Assembly (NCBI RefSeq): GCF_009914755.1
Contig: NC_060931.1
DNA length: 64,000 nucleotides
DNA from: the human T2T-CHM13v2.0 reference genome, Homo sapiens
Strand: one strand, 5' to 3'
The notes under the pieces were generated by a model that saw only the letters and a list, made by a program, of their open reading frames with translations, ran no database searches and had not been told where the DNA came from. Of this stretch, positions 13,779 to 33,325 are shown one piece after another. Position 1 is the stretch's first letter. Each line of letters begins with the position of its first letter. A program made the position numbers and the translations under genes.

Positions 13779-14594
13779 CTGCAGCTGGTAACCTGCCCAA
13801 AGACAAGAACTCAACTCTCCTGGGGCCCCTAGGGTCCTGTGGGCTGGTAAGATGTCCACAGCATCCATCACCAGGGAGTACCCTCATGTCTACCTTGACC
13901 TATCAACCTCCAAACAGGAGAAACTAAAACCCAGAGAGAAAGAGACGGTCCCTCAGCTCCTGCCTAAGGTTCACCATTGGCACCCCTTTGGCCCACAAGA
14001 TGATCTGCCCCATCCCCGGTGATTGACAAGTCAAGGACAAATGAGAAGCTCCACTTTGTTTATTCCTGGCACATCCTTGTGTTATGTATTTGTCATTTAT
14101 TACACCAAATTAACCTATCAAGAAGAAACAATATTCCAAATCTAATTTTAGATGTGGTGAATTAAAAAAAAAAAAATCAGGAGCAACTAAGAAACTCTAT
14201 TTTGGGGCTGGGTGCAGTGGCTCATGCCTGTAATCCCAGCACTTCAGGAGGCTGAGATGGGAAGATCACTTGAGCCCCAGGAGTTCAAGACCAGCCTGGG
14301 CAACAAGTGATACCCCCATCTCTATTTACAATCAATTTTTTAAAGGAAAAGAAACTTCACTTTGGGAGAATTGAATGGAATATGCCAGCACAGCAAAAGA
14401 CTATGGATAATTTACATATTAATATTCTGCTTGTTGTCTGGTTATGTTAGGTGTGTTAGGTAAATGTTAATATATTTTATGAATATTTTGGAACTTGGAT
14501 GGGGGAGGTTATTAGAGAACTGGAGGGCTTTAATTCAGCTCTCAACTCACTCCTTGTGGGGTCTCTGCTCTGATCTCATTCCCATCTGCAGCAG

Positions 14595-15016
14595 TGGTAC
14601 AGTTTGGATATCTGTCCCCTCCAAATCTCATGTTGAAATGTGACCCCCAATGTTAGAGGTGGGGCCTGGAGTAAGGTGTTTGGGTCACAGGGGTGGATCC
14701 CTTATGGATGGCTTGGCACCCTCCTTGTGATAATGAGTGGATTCTCACTCTATTAGTTAACAAGAGATTTGATTGTTAAAAAAAGAGCCTGGCACCTTCC
14801 TCCTCCTTCTCTCTCCCTTCCTGACTCTCACCACGTGATGCCTGCTCCCCCTTCACCTTCCACCATGAGTAGAAGCTTCCTGACACCTCACCGGAAGCAG
14901 ATGTTTGTGTCATGTTTCTTGTACAGTCTGTGGAACTGTGAGCCAAATAAACCTTTTCTTTATAAATGACCCAGCCTCAGGTACTCCTTTATAGCAGTGC
15001 AAAACAGACTAATTCA
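14595..15016 (+). mobile_element. MaLR solo LTR (MSTB-like)
   Basis: TG...CA termini, ccaaatctcatgttgaaa and aataaaccttttctttataaat motifs. Confidence 0.88.
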
Positions 15017-15456
15017 GGGAGCTTAGCTTTATTGAACCTCTAAGAGATAAGCTTATCAGAATAGAATCCAGGAGGCCTAATATCTGTTTAAGGTGGGAGT
15101 GATTTTTGTGGAGCTTCAAAATTGGCCTGTATGTAAATCTGGTTTTGTGCTGGTTACTTCCCATTGCCCCTCAGCTCCAGGATACCCACAGAGACTCTGC
15201 AATGTGGGGGCCAGGCTCTCCAGACCACAATTACTAGTGCTCCTACCTGCCGGCTTCCTGTTAGATTCAGTCAAAGGAGGACTCAGGAGATGGGAAGGCA
15301 AGGAGAAAGGAAAGCAGCAGAGAGTTGGCTCAAGCCTCCAGCAAGCTTTGGTTCTGCTGATGCCAGCCTCACTGCACCCCTCAGAGGTCCAGCCCTTCCT
15401 AAGCCAGGCAAATCACATCTTACTTTTCTTTCCCCCAGCCCTAGTGGTAGTAGTAA

Positions 15457-15903
15457 TGCACGGCAGGTGAACCCCAAAATTGGGGCTTAGGCTGGGAAGT
15501 TTCTTGGCTTCACTCAGGAAAGAATTCAAGAGCAAGCTGATGGCAGAAGAAAACAGCTTTATTGAAGGGGCAGTGTTATAGCTCCGTGACTGCTCCTGCA
15601 TAGCAGGGCTACCCCACAGTGTGTGGAGAGTATCAGCTCAGGGGCAGTGCTGCAGTCATATTTATACGCACTTTTAATTACATGCAAATTAAGGGGCAGG
15701 CTATTCAGAAGTTTCTAGAAAAGGGATAGTAACTTCCGGGTCATTGCCCTGGAAAGGGGTGGTAACTTCTGGATGTTGCCATGGCAATGGTAAACAGTCA
15801 TGATGCTGGTGGGCATGTCTTATGGAAAAATGCTTTAGGTGCCTCTTCCCTGTTTCAGCCAGTCTTCAATCTGGTCCACAGTCAAGTCCCACCTACTATC
15901 TCA
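15457..15903 (-). mobile_element. ERV1-class solo LTR (MER66/MER41-group-like), within an older LTR33-like remnant
   Basis: Minus strand starts tgagatagtaggtgggacttgac, contains tgccatggcaacatccagaagttacc and an aataaa. The family name is tentative. Confidence 0.7.
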
Positions 15904-17154
15904 TTAGCTACTCTTGCAATTACAAATCTCTGGGTTTTTTCAGCTTTCCAGTTCCTGTGCAACTAATCATCTGTATGAAATGCCATCTGTTTGAAACATC
16001 TCATGTGGATTTTGTTTTCCTGACCGGACAAGAATTTTCCTTGGAGATTCCAAATTGGAGTGTTCTCATAGCCATGGTGCAGCCCTAATCTGAACAGCTG
16101 GGCACAGATAATGCACTTTGGAGTATAAATGTCAACATGGAAACATGAAAGGAATTATAAGAGAGAGTGAAGTTTTAAGATCATTCCTTAAGTTGGAGCC
16201 CGCTGGCACATCCTTGTATTACGTATTTGTCATTTATTAAACCACATTAGTATATCAAGAAGAAACAATATTCCAAGTCTAATTTTAGATGTAGTGAATT
16301 CACAACCAAAAAATATATATATATATATATATTCATGGGCAACTAAAAAACTTTGCTTTGGGAGAATTAAATGGAATACCAGCACAGCTTGTTATCTAAT
16401 TGTGTTAGGTGTGTTAGGTAAATGTCCGTACGTTTTACTAATATTTTTAGAACTTGGTTAGTGTAGGTTGTTAGGGAATTGGAAGGCCTCAATTCAGCTC
16501 TCAATTCATCATCTGTGGGATCTCTGCTCTGAGAACCATGCAAAGAATAGAGGAGCCCCAGGCAGTGCCTGGAGAAGCTGCCCTAGGCTAGGAGGTCTAA
16601 GAGATGACTGTGGTGTCTCCACTGGGAGGAGGGAGACCATCAGGGGTGATGAGACCTGGAGAGCAGGCTTGATCAGGCACCCACCAGACACAGAGAGAGG
16701 GGCAGCTGAAAGAGGCCAGCTTCAAGTAATGAACGCCCTGTCCCACTGGGCTGTCTGCAAAAAAACAGGAAGATCAATAAAGTGACCAGTTTTGAATGGC
16801 AATGAACTTTCTGACCACAGACACCAGACCCTGCCACTAATCCAGGTCCCAGCTCAGGTCAGGGATTCACAAGTTCTCCTCCTTATAGAAAGCGATTGGC
16901 AGAAAGGCAAAAGCCCAGAGAACAAAACAGAAGTATTCCTTCACTACAGGAAGGAGCAAAAATGTGGGGAGAGGAAGAAAAATGTCTTTGCAACACTTCA
17001 GATCATCGTCCTACCCCTCTCCACTCTTCCAGCACACCACATCAAATGTGATTTATTTGTGCTATCTTAGAAATCCGGCCCTCAGCTGTCTCCTCCTCTC
17101 CGTTCCCACTGCTGCTGGCTTCAGTTAAGCCCTACTGATCTCTTCTCTGGTCTC

Positions 17155-20375
<3,221 letters not shown>

Positions 20376-20445
20376 ACCTTCCTATTCTTAGCGCCTGGTA
20401 CAGAGTGGCCTCACAACAAATTCTGGTTAAAATGAAAATTGGTTT

Positions 20446-21342
20446 TATAAATATATATATATTTAATATATTTATATATATATTTAATATATTTATATAT
20501 ATATTTTATTTTATGTATTATATTTAATATATTATAATATATAATATATTTTATAATATATTATATAATATATTCTATATTATATAATATATTTTATAAT
20601 ATATTCTATATTATATAATATATTTTATAATATATTCTATATTATATAATATATTTTATAATATATTCTATATTATATAATATATTTTATAATATATTCT
20701 ATATTATATAATATATTTTATAATATATTCTATATTATATAATATATTTTATAATATATTCTATATTATATAATATATTTTATAATATATTCTATATTAT
20801 ATAATATATTTTATAATATATTCTATATTATATAATATATTTTATAATATATTCTATATTATATAATATATTTTATAATATATTCTATATTATATAATAT
20901 ATTTTATAATATATTCTATATTATATAATATATTTTATAATATATTCTATATTATATAATATATTTTATAATATATTCTATATTATATAATATATTTTAT
21001 AATATATTCTATATTATATAATATATTTTATAATATATTCTATATTATATAATATATTTTATAATATATTCTATATTATATAATATATTTTATAATATAT
21101 TCTATATTATATAATATATTTTATAATATATTCTATATTATATAATATATTTTATAATATATTCTATATTATATAATATATTTTATAATATATTCTATAT
21201 TATATAATATATTTTATAATATATTCTATATTATATAATATATTTTATATAACATTATATAATACATAATATATTGTATTTAATATATAATATAATATTT
21301 AATATATTATATATAATATATTTTTATATATTCATATATATA
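20446..21342. repeat. AT-rich VNTR; core of 22 copies of a 31-bp unit (tataatatattctatattatataatatattt)
   Basis: ttcta recurs every 31 nt from 20573 to 21224. Confidence 0.98.
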
Positions 21343-21607
21343 TTTGTTTGTTTTGGTTTTTTTGGGGTTTTTTGTTTGTTTGTTTTTGTTTTGAGACAGA
21401 GTCTTACTCTGTCGCCCAGTGTGGAGTGCAGTGGCACAACCTCAGCTCACTGCAACCTCCCGTTTCCTGGGTTCAAGTGATTCTCCTGCCTCAGCCTCCT
21501 GAGTAGCTGCAATTACAGGCATGTGCCACCACTCCTGGCTAAATTTTGTATGAGACGGGGTTTCACCATGTTGGCCAGGCTGGTCTCAAACTCTCGACCT
21601 CAGGTAA

Positions 21608-21712
<105 letters not shown>

Positions 21713-22335
21713 TAAAATGCGCGATTTTTCAACCTCACACCTGTGAAATTCTAACAAAATGTCAACAACCTGTAGCCACTAATGGCCTGTAATCAAGGGA
21801 CAGTCTGTCCAATAAGTAAATAGTTGTCTTACTTGTTAGAGTAATACACAAGTTATGATTTATTAATTTTTCTCATTTTCCTGACATTGCCAAAATTTTC
21901 TAGAGTTGTTTCACTGCATATCTGCCTGCAGAGGCAAGCTAAGCTGGGCATGGTGGTGCAGGCCTTATAGTCCTAGCTACTCAGGAGGCTGAGGCAGGAG
22001 GATCCCTTCAGCCCAGGAAGTGGAGGCTGCAGTGAGCTATGATGGTGCCACTGCACTCCAGCCTGGGCAACAGGGTGAAACCCTGTCTCAAAAAAAAAAA
22101 AAAAAAAAAGGCTAGACCAACCTAAATGTGGAAATAAAATGCCTCAGATGCAACTAGCCCTCCACTCTTGCTCAAGAGTTGCTGCATCAAAGGAAATGTA
22201 TATTTTCCAATTTAAAGAAAAGGCAACCCAACACGACACAGCTTCCATGTGTATGGAATACAGGCGTGCAAGATACTAAGCCACCAGCTTCCGATAGCAC
22301 CAAAGTCCAGTCTCCAACCTACAGCCTTCTCTCAT

Positions 22336-22745
22336 TTTATGAGTCCATTTTGCATTGCTGTTAATATAAAGGCATACTTGGGGCTGGGTAATTTATAAAG
22401 AAAGGGGGTTTATTTGGTTCATGGTTCTGCAGGCTGTATAAGAAGCATGGAGCCAACGTCTGCATCTGGGAAAGCTTCAGAAAGCTTCCAATCATGGTGG
22501 AAGGAAAAGGGGAGCCAGCATCACATGGCAAGAGAGGGAGGCCCTTTAAACCAGACCCTTTAAACAACCACATCTTACATGAACTAATAGAGTGAAATCT
22601 CACTCATTACCACGGAGATGGCACCAAGCCATCCATGAGGGATCTGCCCCCATGACCCACATACCTCCCACCAGGCCCCACCTCCAACACTGGGGATCAC
22701 ATTTCAGCATGAGATTCAGAGGGGACAAACATCCAAACGATGTCA
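22336..22745 (-). mobile_element. MaLR solo LTR (MSTB-like)
   Basis: ctgggtaatttataaagaaa and ggggacaaacatccaaac motifs; near-TSD ctcat/cttat. Confidence 0.88.
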
Positions 22746-23631
22746 CTTATGAAGGTGGAAAGACATCCACTTTATTCTACAGGTGGTAAAATGGAGATGA
22801 AAATGAAGTCCTTGGCCGGGTGTGGTGGCTCATGCCTGTAATCCCAGCACTTTGGGAGGCTGAGGTGGGTGGATAACCTGAGGTCAGGAGTTCGAGACCA
22901 GCCTGGCCAACCTGATGAAACCCCGTCTCTACTGAAAATACAAAAATTAGCCGGGCGTGGTGGCAGGTGCCTGTAGTCCCAGCTACTCAGGAGGCTGAGG
23001 CACAAGAATCACTTGAACCCTGGAGGTGGAGGTTGCAGTGAGCCAAGATCACATGACTGCACTCCAGCCTGGGCAGCAGATTGAGACTCAGTCTCAAAAA
23101 AAAGAAAATGAAAAAGAAAGAAAATGAAGTCCTTATTGCCACATGAGATTTCTGTGAACGCATGGGATACATTGTATACATCTCGAGTGAAGTCTCCCCT
23201 TGAGTACCAGGTCTAATTTCCTGTTGCTCAGCCCTTGTGTCCCATTCTCTGACCTACTGTGGTCAGCTCTGTGGCCACATGTACTCAGTGGATGTGGCTT
23301 TGGGAGGTGCCCCCTATAGAGGTTTTGCTTCCCCCCACGGCAGGACAGACAGCTTTTCCTTCTTGAATCACCCTGAGTCTGGGTTCAGCTCCATGGCTCT
23401 GAAATTCAAGGTTTCGAAGGATTTGCAAATAGCAGAAACAGCATGTTCCAACCATCCCTGATTCACTTCTCTCTCTCCAGCTTCCCCTCTCCTTCCTCCT
23501 TCCTTCTCTCCATCCCATTCCCTAGGCTGTGAGGAGGCACACCTATGCCATAGAATGCCTCATGAGGGGGCATGACAGATTCAAAGCATGAACCGGACCC
23601 ACGAAGGGTACAAAAGTCAAAAAGTAACACA

Positions 23632-24183
23632 TCGGTGAGACTGTGAGGAAAAGGGAACAATTATACACTGTTGGTGGAAGTGCAAATTAGTTCAGACCCT
23701 GTGGAAAACAGCATGGAGATTTCTCAAAGAACTGAAACAGAACTACCACCAAACCCAATCCCATTGCTGGCTGTCTACCCTGGAAAATAAATTGTTCTAC
23801 TAAAAAGACACCTGCACTTATATGTTCATTGCAACACTATGCACCATAGCAAAGACATGGAATCAACCCAGTTGCCCATCAGTGGTGAATTGGATAAAGA
23901 AAATGTGGTATAAATACACCATGGAATACTACACAGCCATAAAGAAGAATGAAATCATGTCCTTTGCAGCCACATGGATGCAGCTGGAGGCCATTATCCC
24001 AAGCAAATTAACGCAGAAACAAACAACCAAAAACAGCATGTTCTCACTTATAAGTAGAAGTTAAACAGTGGGTACACGTGGACACAAAGATGTGAATAAT
24101 GGACCCTGGGGACTAAAGAGGGGAGCAGTTTGCTACTCTAACAACAAACCTGTACTTGTATCCCTGGATCTAAAGTTAAAATT
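23632..24183 (+). mobile_element. L1 3' fragment (L1PB-like), ORF2 C-terminus remnant
   Basis: ORF 23822-24064 (MFIATLCTIAKTWNQP...WIKKMWY.YTMEYY.AIKKNE) is the L1 ORF2p C-terminal sequence. Confidence 0.92.
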
Positions 24184-24185
24184 CA

Positions 24186-24558
<373 letters not shown>

Positions 24559-25605
24559 TCAAAGACCAACTATATGTTTCACTACATCACACCTTCACTG
24601 TGGTCCCTTTATTTAATTTATGTATGTATGTATGTATGTATGTATTTATTTATTTATTTATTTGAGACAGAGTCTCACTCTGTCACCTAGGCTGGAGTGC
24701 AATAATGCAACTGTAGCTCACTGGAGCCTCAAACTCCTAGGCTGCTCAAGCAATACCTCCTGCTTTGGCCTCCTGAATAGCTGGGACTACAGGTGTGCAC
24801 ACCATGCCCAGCTTATTTCTCTATCTTTTTTAAAGCCAGCATCTCACCATGTTGCCCAGGCTGGTCTCAAATTCCTGGGCTCCCACAGTCTTCCCACCTC
24901 AGCCTCCCAAACTGCTAGAATCACAGGCATGAGCCACCGCAACCAGCTTGTCCCTGTATCTTTAGTCAAGGCTGGTGTGCGGTGCCTGCTGGGAATGACT
25001 GATGAGGTCGAGCAGTAAGGAGAAAATCCCACAATACTGTCGAGGAGGTCGCAGTCCAAATGGGCTGGGGGGACAATGACAAAGGAGTGCAGCTCACAGC
25101 GGGACTGGACAGCAGGGAGGAGCTTGCCCCACGCAGGTTCACCTGCCAGGTGGGAGATTCAGGGGCAGATGTGAGATGCACTCCCTTTTTCCCCAGAATT
25201 CTAGAGAACAGTGTCTGTGGAAGAGGAGAGATTTACACATGGGTTACACCCCTGGGTTCAACCGTGATTGTGCCACTGCCTGCCCGAACTTGCCGGGCAC
25301 ATACTTTCCTCTAGCCAGACCACACCACCTCCACCAGAAAGTCTTCTTCCCCTCTCTCAACTGCCCAGATTCTACCATCCACGTAGTTCTGCTCAAGTCC
25401 CACATCTTCCATCAATGAACATTACTATAGCAACAATCATGCGTACTGTTCAGCACCTGGTACATGCACTAGGTGAGGTGCATTTAATTCTCACCTCCAT
25501 GCTGTGGGGTTAGCTACTATAATCTCCATTTTTCAGGTGTGGACACTGAGGCTCACAGAGCCAGAATGCTTTGCATTTTTATTTATTTATTTATTTATTT
25601 AGTGA

Positions 25606-25713
<108 letters not shown>

Positions 25714-26359
25714 TAGCTGGGATTACAGGCACCCACTACCACACCTGGCTAATTTCTGTATTTTTAGTAGAGATGAGGTTCCACCAGGTACTTTTAGTAC
25801 AGATGGGGTTTCACCAGGCTGGTCTCAAACTCCTGACCTCAAGTGATCTGCCCGCCTCGGCCTCCCAAAGTGTTGGGATTATAAGCATCAACCACCACAC
25901 ATGGCCTGGTTTGCATTTTGAATATCTGCATTTTTCTGGGAGTTCAGGAAGCACCATCCACACAGAATACAGTGGTACTCCCCCCAACATTGGAGTTTTG
26001 CAATGTGGAGATCTGCCTACTTTATTTTATTTTATTTTTTTGAGTCAGTGTCTCACTCTGTCTCCCAGATTGGAGTGCAGCAGTGCAATCACAGCCCACT
26101 GCAACTTCAAACTTCTGAGCTCAAGCAACCCTCCCACCTTAGCCTCCCATGTGGCTGGGACCACAGGCAAGCATCACTACCGCTGGCAAATTTTTAATTT
26201 TTTTTGTATAGATGGGGTCTTGCTCTGTTGCCCAGTCTGGTCTCAAAATCCTGGTCTCAAGCAATCCTCCCACCTCAGCCTCCCAAAGTGTGGAGATTAC
26301 AGGCGTGAGCCACTTTTCCTGGCCTGGCCTGGCTACTTAAAGGAATGGGTTTCTTAGAA

Positions 26360-26785
26360 GCAGGAGGATCACTTGAAGCCAGGAGTTCAAGATCAGCCTA
26401 AACAACAAAGTGAGAGAAGGAAGGAAGGAAGGAAGGAAGGAAGGGAAGGAGGGAGGGAGGGAGGGAGGGAGGGGAAGAAAGAGAGAGACAGAGAAAGAAG
26501 GAAAAGAAAGAAAGAAGAAAGAGAAAGAAAGAAAGAAGAAAGAAAAAGAAAGAAAGAAAGAAAGAGAGAGAAGAAAGAAAGGAGGGAGGGAGAGAGAGAG
26601 AAAGAAAGAGAGAGACATTTTAATTAACTGAGTATGGTGGCATGCACCTGTAGCCCCAGCTACTCAGGAGGCTGAGGCAGGAGGATTGCTCAAGCACAGG
26701 AGTTCAAGGCTGCAGTGAGCTATGACAGTGCCACTGCACTCCAGCCTGGGTAACAAAGCAAAACCCTGCCTCTTAAAAAGAAGAG
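26360..26785 (+). mobile_element. AluJ with its middle linker expanded into a ~200-nt GGAA/GAAA tract
   Basis: Left-arm fragment, purine tract at 26412-26616, then right arm. Confidence 0.85.
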
Positions 26786-28924
26786 AAAAGGGTTTCTCCC
26801 TTCCTGTGGAACTAGACCGTGCTATCTCTGAGTATCAATACTGACCTGACTTCAAAACCTGTGTTAATCTTTTCTTCGATGCCTCTGGATAATAGAAATT
26901 CATATTCCAATGGTGACCAAATGTCCATATTAGCCACCTGCATCCCAAGGGAACCCACTGCTAGCTCCTCCCTTCATGCCAATCCCACACATTCCTCTTC
27001 TCCCTGTTCCGTGTGGTCAAGGTCCCACCAAGCCCTGCAGTTAACCCTTTCTTAGAGTTGCTAAGCCCACCTAAGATCATACATTGAACCTGCAAGAGCA
27101 AAGCCCACTGCAGACTCTAAAATTAACAGTTGCCCCAAGTAACAGTGACTGGAGCAGCTCCAGCTTTGGGAAGTTAGCAAGGTTAGAGCAATATTCCCAA
27201 CCACAGGAGGAACTGGCACTGATAAGTTGGCTAATGGGTCTCACTTAGATCCTTCCTTTTTAGTCCTGGGGACAGATGCCATCCATAGCAAAGATGTGGA
27301 AACCAGAAACCACCAGTGCCCTTTGTCCCAGAATGGGACCCGACCCAACCTAAGAATCTCCCAGACAGAAATCAGAGGCAGTGCCACCTATGTCAACCCT
27401 CATGGCATTCCAAGAACCTCCATGTCCTCTTGATGTCTCCAACTGTACTCAGGCACAGCCTCAGGGTCCCAGAGGAACACCCACTGGTATGCTCAGTCCA
27501 GCTCAGACTTCAGAGTCCAGGCCACCAAGCCCAAAAGTCCTGGACACAGCACAGGACGATATCTCAGATGCCTCTCTCTGCTCTCTCCAGAACTTGAGAA
27601 AGAGGAAAGAATTCAGAGGTCAGGGTACAGGTGGACACACTCCTGGATAACTTTACTTGCTCTTCATGGCTCTGGGCAGACATCACCTCATCCGAGAAGT
27701 CTTCCTTCATGCCCAAGGTTAGCTCCCTGTGATCTCAAAGCATCATGCACCTCCCATACATATTTATCACTTCAGATGGTAAATTCCAGTGCTCTGTCTG
27801 CTCCCAAATGCATGCTATGTTGTGTGCTTTTGAGCTTCTGGGCTCTGTCTTCCTTGCCCCTATAGTAGGCTCTAGCAGTGACCTGCATCTGCCAATATCC
27901 TGGATACCCTCAACTCCAAACTGGGGCTTTAAGACGTGGCCTGTGTGTGTTTGTATCAGGGCTAACATCTTTTCCACTCAAACCCACCCCTGACTGCTGC
28001 AGCCAGGAGAAATGAGCAGTGGAAATTGACCATGGAGCTCTCCAAGGCCAGACCAATAGGAGAGGGTTTTATAATGTCACAGTCAAAATTGGGAAAGAGA
28101 CAAGACACTCTTCCATCATAATAAAGTACTAACATTATGCTAGCAGGAAGACATGAATCATATACATGGATCATTGAGGTCTGCGGGTAGGAGATTAACA
28201 CTTGCAGTATAAAATGCTGGCTTTGTTGTTAAAACAGTTTGGAATGATCAAAGAGAAACAGAAAGGAAAATCAAGCTGCCACTCAGAGCGCGGAATCCCC
28301 ACCCTTCTCTCTTCAGCCTTCCAGGCTCCAGGTCTCCCCTGACTCTGTGTGACAGTGAAATGAATGGGGACACCGATACGGAAGAGGGTGTGGGACACCC
28401 CCACCACGAGACAATCCTGGGCTTGGGAAAGGAGAAAAGCAAATCAGAGTAGAACAAAGATGAGAAACAGGATCCAAGGGGGAGATCTGGCCAGCCAAGA
28501 GACTATATGCTTCTGCTGGTGGATACCCTAAAGCTTTGCACAGAGAAGCCCATGCTTGGAAGGATGCAAGGGTTTGAGCTGTTTAGGTGGAGGTCACAGT
28601 GCCCACTCCACCTCCATTGCCCATTCCAGCTCTGTATAGTTTAGATTCTATCACAGGGACCTGAACAGGAGAACAGACCCAACAGACTTTTCTTGAGATG
28701 TGTGGTGTGTGTGTGTGTGTGTACACACACACAGGTGTGAACAGAAAATTACCTGGCAAAGAGAAGGAACTGGTTCTGCCTTCCCGGGTCACTAGCAGGC
28801 ACCCAAGACAACTGTGGCAGTAAGTAGACCCCTGGAGAAAGACCCCCAGCCACAGTCTAGTGTGTCAGGGGAACCAAGAGATCATAAGGTATTTACAACA
28901 TAGAGTAGAAAATGTTATGTAGGG

Positions 28925-29488
<564 letters not shown>

Positions 29489-30194
29489 TCAAAGAGAAGT
29501 TAATCAGAAGCCTGTTCCTGGACTAACATCCTCCATTACCCCCAGAGAACAGTGGCAGGCCCTGCAGCAGGTCTAAGATACAAGGAGAGCAGCACTGGGT
29601 CACGCACACCTCAGATGTGTCTGAGACAGCCTATGACCAATATGAGTCCCGAGAGCTCTCAGGCCCTCTCATTTACCTGCGTTCCTGGGCAGTTCCAAGC
29701 CCTTTCCCTGGAGCTGCCAAAGAGGTCCCCAATCCTGCTGGTGGGGCTGAGAAGGCGGTTTGCAATGTCCACACGGCAGGGGGGTGCCATGCCAGAGCAG
29801 CCCTGGCCCGTCCTTGGAGCCCACTGAAGGCCTGCCAGACCCCAGCTAGGCTGTCAGCTCGGGCTGTAAGAGGAATGAGTGTTGCGAGCTCCCTGGAGCT
29901 CGGCCAGGACTCCTGGGCCAGCCAGCCAGGTGGAGGAGGAGCCGGAGAGAGCCTTATAAAACCTCCAAGACAGCTGGCTGGTGGCGGTCTCTAGGTCCAT
30001 GGCAGAGCCCCACCCAGATTGGTGGGGGTCCACCTCCCTCACTCTAGCCCTCTGGAATGCTCTGGTTAACTTTGACTTGCTACTTCAATCAGAGCTGGCC
30101 GTCCATAGCCCCGACCCAACCCCCGCCCCAGCAACACACCCTAAGTAGAGTCCTCTGCTACACAACTATTGTCTTGCTTGGATCTTTTTAAAAA

Positions 30195-32275
<2,081 letters not shown>

Positions 32276-33079
32276 TTTTCACTCTTGCCTGAACCCAGTC
32301 AAGGGTAGGTGACTCGAATCAGTTCTCCTTTTCCTAACTGGAGGCCTCATAAGCAGCCTCCTAAATTTCAGCTGTCCCTTGAAATTGTGGCTTCACGTCC
32401 TGATTCTGAAGTCAGCATAGAAGGGGAGATGGGGCAGTATAGAGCCTGCAGAGCCAGTGTAGAATTACTCCCTTCAGTTTCCCATAAAATGAGGGGGCAT
32501 AAAGCAGTGAAAAGAACATAGGCACGTATGAGACACTAAACATGTGACTGAACCATTTTACATTCCCACCAGCCGTGTACAATGCTCTGAACATGGTAGG
32601 CCACTCTGAAGCTTACCAACTATATCGTCTTGGGCAGCTTATCCTCTCTGACCCCTCAGCTTTGTCATGTGGAAAATGGGTTATTGTGAGAATTACATAT
32701 GTGCAGTAATGTGCATAGAGCCCAGATGAAGTCAGGTGTGGTGGCTCATACCTGTAATCCCAGCTACTCAGGATGCTGAGGCAGGAGGATCATGTGAGTC
32801 CAGGAGTTCAAGACCAGCCTGGGCAAGATAGCAAGACCCCCGACTCTAAAAAATAATTTAAAGCCTGGATGTACCCCCAGTAATGTACGTCTGGCCAACA
32901 AATAGCATCAAATGGCACTTTGAGATGATCATGGAAGTGTGTGATTATCCTGACTACTCCAAGAGCAGAAATATACCTCCACTGGAAATGTGTGAAATGG
33001 GGATAGATTTCTTGTTTTTCATCAGTCACAGGCACATGCAGACCTAAGCCAGGCAGTAGAAGAGACAATTTTTCTTTTC

Positions 33080-33325
33080 TATGTCCTTACTTTCTTTGCA
33101 GTAAAATGAGTTCCTTGGTAAAATATAAAATTAAAATTAAACAATAAAATAAAATAATAAAATATGTCATATGTTGTGTGGGATACCATAAAGACCACTA
33201 AGGCTTTCTCTAAGTCCACAAATAGTGTTTTTGGCAGAACACGTGAGCAGGGGAAGCAAACCCATATCCAGAATTAGTATATTTCAGTGACAGCCAGTCA
33301 ATGTCTTCTCCCTGATGGAAGGGAG
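33080..33325 (-). pseudogene. ERVL (class III ERV) pol/integrase remnant
   Basis: Minus-strand translation with frameshifts gives SGYGFASPA / SAKNTICGLRESLSGLYGIPHNI / QGTHFTAKKVR. This resembles the HERV-L integrase core as I recall it (SGYGFAxPA..SAKTTIxGLxECL..HGIPHSIASDQGTHFTAKEV). Confidence 0.75.

Noticed and set aside
13199-13887. Glu/Gly-rich, Pro-rich and poly-Leu ORFs
   Set aside because: Stop-free frames produced by the GGA/GAA tract.
27381-27650. Pro/Ser-rich 89-aa ORF in unique sequence
   Set aside because: GTG start, no recognisable homology and no consistent splice boundaries; the length is compatible with chance.
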